A DNA stretch of 64,000 bases from Haliotis cracherodii (lineage: Eukaryota). The position numbers and the translations under genes were made by a program. The notes beneath the pieces were generated by a model. That model saw only the letters and a program-made list of their open reading frames with translations, made no database searches and had not been told where the DNA came from. The DNA is taken from the NCBI RefSeq assembly GCF_022045235.1, contig NW_027266275.1:16864001-16928000 (forward strand), given 5' to 3'. Position 1 is the first letter of the stretch; each line of letters begins with the position of its first letter. Below, in pieces: positions 38,779-50,894 of the stretch.

Positions 38779-39865
38779 CACTGTCAGAGCAGGACATATC
38801 GAACAGGTTATGATATAGCAAAAAGGACCGAACTTAGTACTAGGCTTCATCATATCATACACACAACAACCAGTATTTAAGAAAATTCGTACAAAAAAAT
38901 AAATGAGATGAGTACCCTAACGCGAACAATAAACGCAATTGAAGAAATAGATTGTTTCGCACATCGTTTCCTCACCGACTATCGGCCGTTCTGATGTGAC
39001 CCGTCATCCAGATCTTTATTTAGACGGTAGCGAGAACTAAGATTTAAATTTAATGAGATTGCAGCAAGGATTCGATGCATTGATTTTACTTTCAATCACA
39101 GTTTCACCCTGTTTTTCAGACTCCATACCATATGTGTTTAAGTGATATTCTCTCCAATTGTAAAAAAACCCAAAACAACTAACAGCTGTGCATGATATGG
39201 TAACAGGGGTAGACGGATTGTGATTGACTATAAGTTTAAATTATCTCTTTGTCAATCTGTTGAATAACATCAAATATGGCTTTGCAAAAGAGTTCAGGTT
39301 TTAAATACGCCGTTCTCTGATAGAAACATATGTATTACTTACCAACATTGAAATCACAATTGCTAAAAAAACACAATTTATTGAAAACAAAAACACTCCA
39401 GGGGAAAAATATGATATGTTGAATATTAAGTGTCGCTACATTACAGCAAAAGATAAAAGCCGAGGTTGAAACTCCATTTGGACTAACCCAAGTTTGTTGT
39501 GACGTCATTGTATAATGTTTTTTTTTTATTAATATGCTATATTATTACAGTTGTCAATGCAGGCATGACTACCGAAGTTAACAGTTTTGTAAAGGATTAG
39601 GTGCGTAAAAATCAATAAACAATATGGCCATTTATAAAGAAAAAAGGATTCCGACCTTTCTCGTGGAAGTAGCTTCTAAAATGTAATAGTCAGTGTGCAT
39701 TCGTGAAAACTCGTGTTATTCCGGTACAAGCCGAATAGCTCTTGCAGGTTACGGAAAGAGGCAAGTGGTGACGAATGAGTCAGTGACGTCACTATATTAT
39801 GACGTCATGTTATTGTGTCGTCACGTAATTATCTCGCCCATATTTGCCATAGATATCTGTCTGAA

Positions 39866-40513
39866 ATGGGATGCAAACAGACTAAGGTTAAGCCTTTCAA
39901 GCAGACTTCTCCTGAGGAGGCTCTGACGGGCAAGATCAACTGTCCTCACGAGCTGTACTACGCCAAGTGTCAGGTGACACCGCCCACACCCCGACTATCA
40001 GGGACGGAGATTCTTCAACAGTTACGAGACGAGGGTTTGGTCCCCGACCGTCAGGCCAGCGGAGGAGTTGCCTTCTCTGTCCCCGCAGTGGAGGGGGTTG
40101 TTCCCCGTGGCAGAGCTCCCCGACGCCTTGAGGAAATCCCAGTGCGATGCTTCTACACAGCTGAGTTGAGGAGACAGAAGGCTGATCTATTCCGACTTGA
40201 CAGGTAAAATCTTTAGAACGAAGACTGTAAACACTGAAAACGTTTAAATAACTAAGCGCCCCTTTGTCTTGATCTCCCAATTTCTTAAGAATCTAATTCA
40301 TGATTGCATGTTTTTGTATACAGGTTGGTAGAACAAGTCCAGAGGAAACAACTGGACAGAGAAATAAAGCACAAAGCTGTCAAGGACGAGAAGAAACGTC
40401 GCGAGTTTATCAAGAAAATGAAGGCTGAGTATCAGCTTCAGGCGAGGGAAGAGAAACTGAAGAGGCTGGAGGAAGAGCGGGCATCTGTGAAGAAGAAGGC
40501 AGCCAAGAAGTAG
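39866..40513 (+). CDS. STMND1/CCDC198-like protein, copy 2 (175 aa)
   Basis: Exons 39866-40203 and 40324-40513, intact. Differs from copy 1 by Q>E (LEEI) and F>L (FRLDR). Confidence 0.8.
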
Positions 40514-40970
40514 ACTAAGAGGAGCGAACGGAGTTGATGGTTTTGAGGATGTTGAGAACAGCGGATGATGCAAATAAATGAAGAACATTAGTTCTCACTG
40601 AAAAAAATGAACAAAAGTAAAAAAGAACAAAAGAAAAGCAACAGGCCAAGCGAAACAGGAAGCCGGAAGATGCAGTTGAAGGGGATACAGATCATACGAA
40701 TGCAGTGTGACATTGGAGAAATCCTTTAGTTTCTTTCCTAGGAGCTCATTCAAAATGTTCAGTTTATGTACATATCTAATGTAACATAGTACAATCATAT
40801 AACGCATGGATAATGTGTAAATACAATGTTTTTGTTTCATACCTTGTTGATGTTATGAGATGGATTGCTTTTAGTAATAAAATTGTTTCCGAAAACACAT
40901 GTTATACATGACAGTTTTCTTAGGATAGTAGTCGGAATCGTAGAATGGACTGTGCTTTAACCAGATATTT

Positions 40971-41140
40971 NNNNNNNNNNNNNNNNNNNNNNNNNNNNNN
41001 NNNNNNNNNNNNNNNNNNNNNNNNNNNNNNNNNNNNNNNNNNNNNNNNNNNNNNNNNNNNNNNNNNNNNNNNNNNNNNNNNNNNNNNNNNNNNNNNNNNN
41101 NNNNNNNNNNNNNNNNNNNNNNNNNNNNNNNNNNNNNNNN
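40971..41140. other. Assembly gap (N run) inside tandem unit 2
   Basis: 170 N. Falls where unit 1 has (TTTA)n and a ~62-bp duplication (36027-36145). Confidence 0.99.
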
Positions 41141-44100
41141 TATTGAGATGCTTAGGGAGTTCTGTGAGAAGATAATACAGGGGTTAACATGTGTAGGTCA
41201 TGGAACATAGTATCAAGCTTTTAGCGTGTCTGTGGGTCTCTTGGTTCTCGACAACATCCGATTAGAGTGAGTGAGTGAGTGAGTGAGTACTTTTATAACA
41301 TACAGTTTTAATAAAGGTAACTTTTACTCCAGCCAGGGAGCCAGGATAGTGATCAAACAGACACCATATTCCTGCTGAGGAAAGCTTTACTATCGCTGTA
41401 GGGGTCGTTGTCGGTACGACAGTTCGCGTTCAATTTCAAAACCCCTGGACGACCCCGATGAACACCGTTGACCAAGGTATGACCCAATTTACTTTTGGTT
41501 GACCAGTGTTAGCACATGTTAACTGGTTGACGTCATGCTTGACCAAAGTTGCCTATCGCTACTGAACCCGCGGGGTCCGGTACTCTGGGTAGGAGCCTCC
41601 AAATGAGGTAGTGACGTCATCGTTAAAGGCAATAGTTTCATTTATTGAATCAATCATGAATAAAAGCATCTTAATGAAAATAAGTAACTAGGAGATTATA
41701 GTATATATGTATTCAGAGAAATTAAAATTTTCGATTGTTGATATACAGGTGAAGATACTTTAGATAATGTTGCATCTCTGTGGGATGTTCTACTCGTAAT
41801 GTCTGAATGCCAAACGCCGCACCCAGCAATATTCCAGCTATATGACGGCTGTCTGTAAATAATCGAGTCTGGACCAGACAATCCAGTGATTGACATGAGC
41901 CGAGTCGATCCACGCAATTGGGATACGATGACATGCATCAACCAAGCCAGCGGGTCTGACCACCCGATCCCGTTAGTCGCCTCTTCCGACAAGCTTACGA
42001 CGGCTTCATCCATATTTCTCAACCGACAAAGTAAACAAAATCCTGTAGGCTCCCAAATAACCGAACTACTGGGGATGGCTACACCCATACACAACCGCCA
42101 AATTATAAAAAAACGAACACGCTGACCAAGCAGCCAAAGCAGCCCTTAAACTGCCAGAAATAAGCCCAAACTTCCCTATATCCAAAAATGAGATAAACAT
42201 CACCGCTAAGGAAAAGATTCCCCCAAAGTGCCAAACCAAGTACCAAAGCTCAAACTTTAAAATATAACATATGTTCCAAAAGCAACTAAGGAAAATTAAA
42301 AACACACCATAAATAAAAAAAAATTTGACCATGCAATAACCAAACTACAAACAGGTCACACAAAATATAACTCACATCCACATAAAAAAAAAGAAACACA
42401 AAACAGGTAAATGCACACACTGCAACCAACTAGAAACATAAAAGCACGCACTACTACACTGCACGCACTACAAACAACAGAACAACGCATCACTAGACTG
42501 CAACACTCAACTTACAGTAGCAACACTTCTAAATCCGCGTGGATCGATGCTCATATTATTAAGCAGTGGATTGTCTGGTCTAGACTCGATTATTTACAGA
42601 CCGCCGTCACATAGCTGGAATATTGCTGAGTGCGGCGTTAAACAACAAATAATAATATAATCTAAATCCGCTGAACGATACACAGATCTTCAAAGCATTA
42701 GGCACCTTCCTAATTAAAACAGGCCTACCAGGCCTCATGTAATGACCTACAAGCTTAAAACTACCATTAATCTAAAAACTTAAAAACACAAAGACCCCTA
42801 CCTCTGGTAAAGCTTCCAAATTCCCAAATTCTCAAAATCTAATTAAGCAACCCTAACGCCCCCTCACCTTTCGGACATACCCTCCTTGGCAATCTCCCCA
42901 ATCTCATTAAAATCAAATCTTAGTTCTCGCGAAAACTAAGGTCTGACTTTAATGAGATTGGCAATCTCCCTAAATGGCATGGCGGGCCCCATGTGCGTAT
43001 GCGCATAATGTCGGAAAGCGCACGTAAAATCTCTAATTACTTAGTAACTGTGTATGTCAAGAGTGTCGCCAGTGGTGACATGTCAAGTACACCTTAATTT
43101 AACGTGAATTATATAATTATAACATTGTAAGATATTTTCCTTTCAATTTTAGAATTTAAGGGGCGCAGGTCATGGGTTCAAACATGTAGGGGTTTACTTG
43201 AAATCTACAATTCATCTTCCGAGAAACATTCACATTCCATAATAACGCGTACACTAAAAGTACTCACGGAAATGAAAAAAACCTGTTTTTTCGACCTCAG
43301 ATCTGAAATAAATGCAGTTAATATACAAAATATGTAAATATTCAAACAACAACATGTTTTTATGCCTTTTTACACGTAAAAGTGTGTATAAATGTGAATA
43401 AAACAGACTATTGTGAAACAGGGCATAACCAGGTGTAAGTAGATCAAGGTGACCTTGACGACAGGTGAGAACAGGTGCATAATGCCTATAGTCTGTTTCT
43501 GCTATGTCAATTTGGACTTAGTTTTATTTTTGAATGTTGAAAGTGCCGACAAATTACCTCCTGTAAAGTACATTTTGTATTATTCACTGAGATCAAACTA
43601 GCAAATCCAGACTAGTACTTTTCGAGTTGTTTTGGTATTTCGTATTTACAGCTATGTAACACTTTGTGTCGATTTTTAAATTGAGAAAAACAGTTTTTTT
43701 TCATTTCCTTGAGTACTTTAGCGTCACTGTCAGAGCAGGACATATCGGACAGGTTATGATATAGCAAAAAGAACCGAACTTAGTACTAGGCTTCATCATA
43801 TCATACACACAACAACCAGTATTTAAGAAAATTCGTACAAAAAAATAAATGAGATGAGTACCCTAACGCGAACAATAAACGCAATTGAAGAAATAGATTG
43901 TTTCGCACATCGTTTCCTCACCGACTATCGGCCGTTCTGATGTGACCCGTCATCCAGATCTTTATTTAGCGGTAGCGAGAACTAAGATTTAAATTTAATG
44001 AGATTGCAGCAAGGATTCGATGCATTGATTTTACTTTCAATCACAGTTTCACCCTGTTTTTCAGACTCCATACCATATGTGTTTAAGTGATATTCTCTCC

Positions 44101-44801
44101 AATTGTAAAAAAACTCAAAACAACTAACAGCTGTGCATGATATGGTAACAGGGGTAGACGGATTGTGATTGACTATAAGTTTAAATTATCTCTTTGTCAA
44201 TCTGTTGAATAACATCAAATATGGCTTTGCAAAAGAGTTCAGGTTTTAAATACGCCGTTCTCTGATAGAAACATATGTATTACTTACCAACATTGAAATC
44301 ACAATTGCTAAATTTATTGAAAACAAAAACACTCCAGGGGAAAAATATGATATGTTGAATATTAAGTGTCGCTACATTACAGCAAAAGATAAAAGCCGAG
44401 GTTGAAACTCCATTTGGACTAACCCAATTTTGTTGTGACGTCATTGTATAATGTTTTTTTTTAATTAATATGCTATATTATTACAGTTGTCAATGCAGGC
44501 ATGACTACCGAAGTTAACAGTTTTGTAAAGGATTAGGTGCGTAAAAATCAATAAACAATATGGCCATTTATAAAGAAAAAAGGATTCCGACCTTTCTCGT
44601 GGAAGTAGCTTCTAAAATGTAATAGTCAGTGTGCATTCGTGAAAACTCGTGTTATTCCGGTACAAGCCGAATAGCTCTTGCAGGTTACGGAAAGAGGCAA
44701 GTGGTGACGAATGAGTCAGTGACGTCACTATATTATGACGTCATGTTATTGTGTCGTCACGTAATTATCTCGCCCATATTTGCCATAGATATCTGTCTGA
44801 A

Positions 44802-45449
44802 ATGGGATGCAAACAGACTAAGGTTAAGCCTTTCAAGCAGACTTCTCCTGAGGAGGCTCTGACGGGCAAGATCAACTGTCCTCACGAGCTGTACTACGCC
44901 AAGTGTCAGGTGACACCGCCCACACCCCGACTATCAGGGACGGAGATTCTTCAACAGTTACGAGATGAGGGTTTGGTCCCCGACCGTCAGGCCAGCGGAG
45001 GAGTTGCCTTCTCTGTTCCCGCAGTGGAGAGGGTTGTTCCCCGTGGCAGAGCTCCCCGTCGTCTGGAGCAAATCCCAGTGCGATGCTTCTACACAGCTGA
45101 GTTGAGGAGACAGAAGGCTGATCTATTCCGATTTGACAGGTAATATCTTTAGAACGAAGACTGTAAACACTGAAAACGTTTAAATAACTAAGCGCCCCTT
45201 TGTCTTGATCTCCCAATTTCTTAAGGATCTAATTCATGATTGCATGTTTTTGTATACAGGTTGGTAGAACAAGTCCAGAGGAAACAACTGGACAGAGAAA
45301 TAAAGCACAAAGCTGTCAAGGACGAGAAGAAACGTCGCGAGTTTATCAAGAAAATGAAGGCTGAGTATCAGCTTCAGGCGAGGGAAGAGAAACTGAAGAG
45401 GCTGGAGGAAGAGCGGGCATCTGTGAAGAAGAAGGCAGCCAAGAAGTAG
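44802..45449 (+). CDS. STMND1/CCDC198-like protein, copy 3 (175 aa)
   Basis: Exons 44802-45139 and 45260-45449, intact. G>R (VERVV) relative to copy 1. Confidence 0.8.
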
Positions 45450-45944
45450 ACTAAGAGGAGCGAACGGAGTTGATGGTTGTGGGGGTGTTGAGAACAGCGA
45501 ATGATGCAAATAAATGAAGAACATTAGTTCTCACTGAAAAAAAGGAACAAAAGTAAAAAAGAACAAAAGAAAAGCAACAGGCCAAGCGAAACAGGAAGCC
45601 GGAAAGTGCAGTTGAAGATACAGATCATACGAATGTTGCAGTGTTGACATTGGAGAAATCCTTTAGTTTTTTTTTATTGTTAGATTATTTATAAGAACTC
45701 TTTCGGATTACTACGTTTAATGTGTAAATACCTGTTATATACCTCAAATGGCTGTATTCATTAAATATATCATAAAATATTTTACACATGTCATATCTTG
45801 TTGATATTATGAGGTGGATTTTTGTATTATAATAAAAATGTTCCCGAAAAAAACATAGGTATTGTTGTTATAACCCAGTTGCAAGGTTATGGAGCTGGCT
45901 GGGTAGTTCTGTGACAAGGTAACACACGTGAACAGTCATATTTT

Positions 45945-47055
45945 GTTATACTCTGTCCTTGAATCCCCACTTGGAGACAATCGTGGTGTACCGGTGATAT
46001 ACTCTGTCCCGGAATCCCCACTTGGAGACAGTAATGGGGTACTGATGATATACTCTGACCCGGAATCCCCACTTGGAGACAATCGGGGTATACTAGTGAT
46101 ATACTCTGTCACGGAATTCCCACTTGGAGACAATCGTGGTGTACTGGTGATATACTCTGACCCGGAATCCCCACTTGGAGACAATCGGGGTATACTAGTG
46201 ATATACTCTGTCACGGAATTCCCACTTGGAGACAATCGTGGTGTACTGGTGATATACTCTACCTAGGAATCCCCACTTGGAGACAATCGCGGTGTACTGG
46301 TGATATACTCTGACCCGGAATCCCCACTTGGAGACAATCGCGGTGTACTGGTGATATACTCTACCCAGGAATCCCCACTTGGTGACAATCGGGGTGTACT
46401 GGTGATATACTCTACCCAGGAATCCCCACTTGGAGACAGTCGTGGTGTACTGGTGATATACTCTACCCAGGAATCCCCACTTGGAGACAGTCGCGGTGTA
46501 CTGGTGATATACTCTACCCAGGAATCCCCACTTGGAGACAGTCGTGGTGTACTGGTGATATACTCTACCCAGGAATCCCCACTTGGAGACAATCGCGTTG
46601 TACTAGTGATATACTCTACCCAGGAATCCCCACTTGGAGACAGTCGTGGTGTACTGGTGATATACTCTACCCAGGAATCCCCACTTGGAGACAGTCATGG
46701 TGTACTAGTGATATACTCTACCCAGGAATCCCCACTTTGAGACAGTCATGGTGTACTGGTGATATACTCTACCCAGGAATCCCCACTTGGAGACAATCGT
46801 GGTGTACTGGTGATATTCTCTACCCAGGAATCCCCACTTGGAGACAATCGTGGTGTACTGGTGATATTCTCTACCCAGGAATCCCCACTTGGAGACAATC
46901 GTGGTGTACTAGTGATATACTCTACCCAGGAATCCCCACTTGGAGACAATCGTGGTGTACTGGTGATATACTCTACCCAGGAATCCCCACTTGGAGACAA
47001 TCGCGTTGTACTAGTGATATACTCTACCCAGGAATCCCCACTTGGAGACAGTCAT
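45945..47055. repeat. 51-bp minisatellite (~22 units)
   Basis: Unit ggaatccccacttggagacaatcgtggtgtactggtgatatactctaccca. Explains the repetitive ORFs on both strands. Confidence 0.96.
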
Positions 47056-48004
47056 AGGGTATGGCTATGTTCACGGAGTCACCACCTGGGGTCAATCATT
47101 AATTAACATGTCTCCAAAATGAAGTTATGTATAAGGTTTAATAAATCTCCAAATGTTTAGTACATTCTATAAAAAACACCTTTAATGTATCATAAGTTGA
47201 GAGCTGTAAATGGACTTGTTCTATAGGAAAAAATGCTGTGGGGGTTGTAAGAGAGAATACTTGAAAACATAAGTTTTTTTCCTCATTTCCAGAAAAATGA
47301 AGCATCGTAAAATCCCGAGCACAGCTTATAGAATAGTAACTTTCGTAAGGACGAAATGCTGAATGGTGCTGACAACTACGCGGCGACTTCGGCAGTCAGA
47401 CACCTTGTTCCAGTTTGTTTCTAATGATGTACAACATAAGCTCCATAAAACGCCAATTCACATGAACTCCGTGAGCATATTCATTTATGCTGCTTGACAT
47501 AGTTTTGTGATCATCAACGCTAACGTAGCGGGTTGGTTTATTTGGATACACTCCCACAGCACCGTCTAAAGTAACCATTGCGTGAAAGGAGTAAGTTGTA
47601 GAACGAAGCCACGTCTAAACCGGCTTGGAAAAGAAAGGCATTCTTGTTTATGGCTCAGCCATTCAGCTGTCCCAAGACAGGTGTTTGTTTCGTGCATGGG
47701 CGTATGCTGTGCTGGTGTATCTATGCGTATGTGTTAAGGAATTTCCTTTCACGTGACATTTGTATTGGTCCTTTATTAGTTACCTTTATTAGACCAGCGT
47801 ACTCTCTGTCATATGGAAGATGTGGGTCATGGTGCACTTTACGTTCAAATTATCTGTATAACCCATTTCGCTCATTGAGGCTATAATATTATGTTCATCT
47901 TCCGAAGTGCGAGTGTTATAAGCCATTCAAAGACGTACACATCTATGTATCAATTATCAATTTCAGTCGTCTCTCACGTCAAGCATGACATAGCCCTCAC
48001 GACA

Positions 48005-48148
48005 NNNNNNNNNNNNNNNNNNNNNNNNNNNNNNNNNNNNNNNNNNNNNNNNNNNNNNNNNNNNNNNNNNNNNNNNNNNNNNNNNNNNNNNNNNNNNNNN
48101 NNNNNNNNNNNNNNNNNNNNNNNNNNNNNNNNNNNNNNNNNNNNNNNN
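48005..48148. other. Assembly gap (N run)
   Basis: 144 N. Confidence 0.99.
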
Positions 48149-48311
48149 GCAGAAACGTTCCATTACGGGACAGATGCAATTTTAAAAGACAAGACATTAT
48201 GATTCATATAAACATATATACAGACGTACGTAATTTACATTCCTGTAGATACATACAAAAATAAAACAACAAATATTACATATTTGATGATATTATTATA
48301 CATAAAATGTC

Positions 48312-48313
<2 letters not shown>

Positions 48314-48348
<35 letters not shown>
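48314..48348. repeat. (GA)n microsatellite
   Basis: About 17 AG units. Confidence 0.95.
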
Positions 48349-48351
<3 letters not shown>

Positions 48352-48949
48352 GTTATCCCTGTCAGTCTCCAGGGAGGGATACGCGTAGTTGTTGTTTTTA
48401 GCGAGGCAGTGCAGATTCCTGTGGCATTTCCTGTGTAACACCAAAAAATATCAGAAACAGAAGTTGTTTGCACAGCTGTTTCTTGGGGCCATCCACCTGT
48501 TTAACTATAACTTCAACAGTGCTTTTGCTTTTCTTTTGTTTCATGACCCACCATGCCACGTTGTACTGTAAGGGTCTTCATAACTGCTGAGTTCCTGCGA
48601 TATGGCATGCGAAATTACATTAAGAGAGGCGGTTGTTTTAAGGCTCCTGTTTTCCTCTTGAAACGCTAAATATGAATAACTAACATCAGACATGCACAAC
48701 GGGGTTCGATGTGACGCTAGCGTAGCCAGGCGTCAACATAACACGCAACTTGTAGCAAGGCATTCTACAACCGCTCCCCTCATCTGACGGTTTATATGAC
48801 CGTATGTTATGTTGGTGTGCTTTTCTCAACACATATGAGCCAGTTTGGTTTAACGTCTCTTGAACAGTATGTTCAGTTTCAGTTCTATCACGGCTTGATG
48901 TGGGAGGCGTTAATAGACGTTTACCACTTTGGTGACGGGAGCGAGCACG

Positions 48950-49083
48950 GGTGTGGTACTGACAAACGTAGAATCATAATCAGGGGATTCGAACCACGAT
49001 CACAGGATTCTGGCACGCTCAAGGGGCGGAACTCTGCACAGCGAATTGCGACGCCCTAGACAAAATAGGCCACCCACGCACCA
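48950..49083 (-). mobile_element. SINE family C, head portion
   Basis: ggattcgaaccacgatcacaggattctggcacgctcaaggggcggaactctgcacagcgaattgcgacgccctagac matches the heads of 10862-11099 and 57933-58190. Confidence 0.75.
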
Positions 49084-49999
49084 CTTAACATTTATGAACA
49101 TGGAGGATCTATGAACCTGAAACTTTTCAACGTATCTCAGCATTTGTATTATTACAAACACAGCAACATTTAGATTGAGTTAAATGTATTCATGTGTAAT
49201 TTGTAAACTATGTTGCAAGTAGGTAATATGTGCAATACCATTTCTAATAGGTTTTGCGGCAAATACAGCCAAACACTGTCCACGCCCACGAATCTGTTAA
49301 CGTTTTTTTTTAATATTTCAGATATAGCTATCGCTATGTCTTCCAGATAAACAAACCAGAGTTTATCAGGCGAAGACAGCGAGACTGTTAAGAGGCCACA
49401 TAACAGCTTACATAACATAGCTATCAATTCTACAAGCGCACTCATTTGAACTTATGTTTCTTCTTTTCTGAAGCGTAAAATCTTCGCCACTATTTCAGAC
49501 ATCGTTACAAGGGTTCCATGCATGGGTGCGCCAACGCCATTCAGGGGAATTCCCTTGAGAAAAGTAGTTCCGGGTGGCAAGTCGTTTCTACAGTTACTAC
49601 AGTAATCACTCCGTAATGAGTCCGCATGACGAAATCAGACAACAAAAGCATAATGTAATTATTTAGGTATTAACTCCGCTGACTCCGCCAATCAGTGACT
49701 GCATATCCTCTATTCAGCCGCAGACAATGGACGCGCCGAGTCAGGTCATAAATTTATTTTTTTAATTCTCAAATTTATTAAAATTATTAAGACGTACACT
49801 TTAGATACGTTTTAGTTTGTTTGGTGTTTAACCTTACTCACATGGAAAGGGAATCAGCAGTTATGTTGTGGGTAATTGATTGTTACACTCCAATCGATCA
49901 TGGTCTGTTTAACAAGGCATACGCAGACACACAGGTTTGTGTTGTTTGTGGTGTTTGAATCACTGCACGTTTCAAAGTTTAGGCACAACATTTCAGAGA

Positions 50000-50342
50000 G
50001 GACGGTGAGGTAGCCTAGTGGTTGAGGCGTTCGCTCTCGCCGAAGACCCGGGTATGATTGCCCATGTGAGTGTGAGTGAGTGAGTATGGTTTTACGCCAC
50101 TTTTAGCAATATTCCAGCAATATCATGGCAGGGGACACCAGAAATGGGCTTCACACATTGTACCCATGTCGGGATTCGAACCCGGGTCTTCGGCGTGACG
50201 AGCGATCGCTTTAACCACTAGGCTACCCGACCGCCCCGATTTCCCATGTGGGTACAATGCGTGAAGCTGGTGTCCCCCGCCGTGATATTGCTGGAATATT
50301 GCTAAAAGCGGCGTAAAGCCATGCTCACACACTCATTCACTG
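50000..50342. mobile_element. Nested SINEs: antisense family A copy (50069-50237) inside a sense family A copy
   Basis: Host split into 50000-50068 and 50238-50342. 13-bp TSD gattgcccatgtg / gatttcccatgtg. Confidence 0.9.
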
Positions 50343-50781
50343 ACATACAGACACTCTGTTGAGTCGCAGGTATACAGATACTAACTCAAAACAGTTTACT
50401 CATCATGTAGCAGACTGAATCTTCTATTGAAGATTTATGCATTTTTTAGGAATTATGTTGGAAACAAGTAACTTTGTAAATAAGCCTGTATTAAAGTACT
50501 TCATATCTGATATGTGTTTTCAGGGACTCTCACCATACAACCATCAAATACGAGACAGTATTTGGTCACTAAAAGTCATAAAGTTATAAAGTTATTCATG
50601 CATACTTTTCCCTTTTAGCTCAATAATACATGTATTTGCAATTTTTATATCGATTCGATTCATACGTCATAATGTTATATAAATATATATCATATTGTTA
50701 TTATGTGTGCCGGATTATTATTGTTACGTTTGTGTTCTGTCCGGAGTGGGGGCTTGGTGCAAAAGAGTCTTCCTCTGTGTA

Positions 50782-50894
50782 CAATAAACTACGGTTATAA
50801 CGAACTCAAAGGGACCACTAATTTTAGTTCGTTATAACCGTAGTTCGTTTTATACATATATACAGCACATGACCAGGACAAACGGAGTTTACTG
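50782..50894. mobile_element. Internally deleted copy of the 9192-9367 MITE
   Basis: ta|caataaactacggttataacgaactcaaagggaccactaattttagttcg...gagtttactg|ta. Confidence 0.8.

Larger units (their letters stand above)
34754..45665 (+). repeat. Tandem segmental repeat, period ~4.94-4.99 kb (about 2.2 near-identical periods, 3 gene copies)
   Basis: ATGs at 34872, 39866 and 44802. Intergenic SINE, LINE and MITE content is duplicated in 35.5-39.8 kb and 40.5-44.7 kb. Confidence 0.93.

Noticed and set aside
39815-39865. N-terminal extension MSSRNYLAHICHRYLSE in copies 2 and 3
   Set aside because: It begins at GTG and is absent from copy 1. The aaATGG start giving an MGC acylation motif is the better start.
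45887-47106. Mucin- or biomineral-like repeat protein
   Set aside because: Frames are broken by stops (~46264, ~46738), there is no signal peptide or splice context, and both strands are equally open because the unit is 51 bp.
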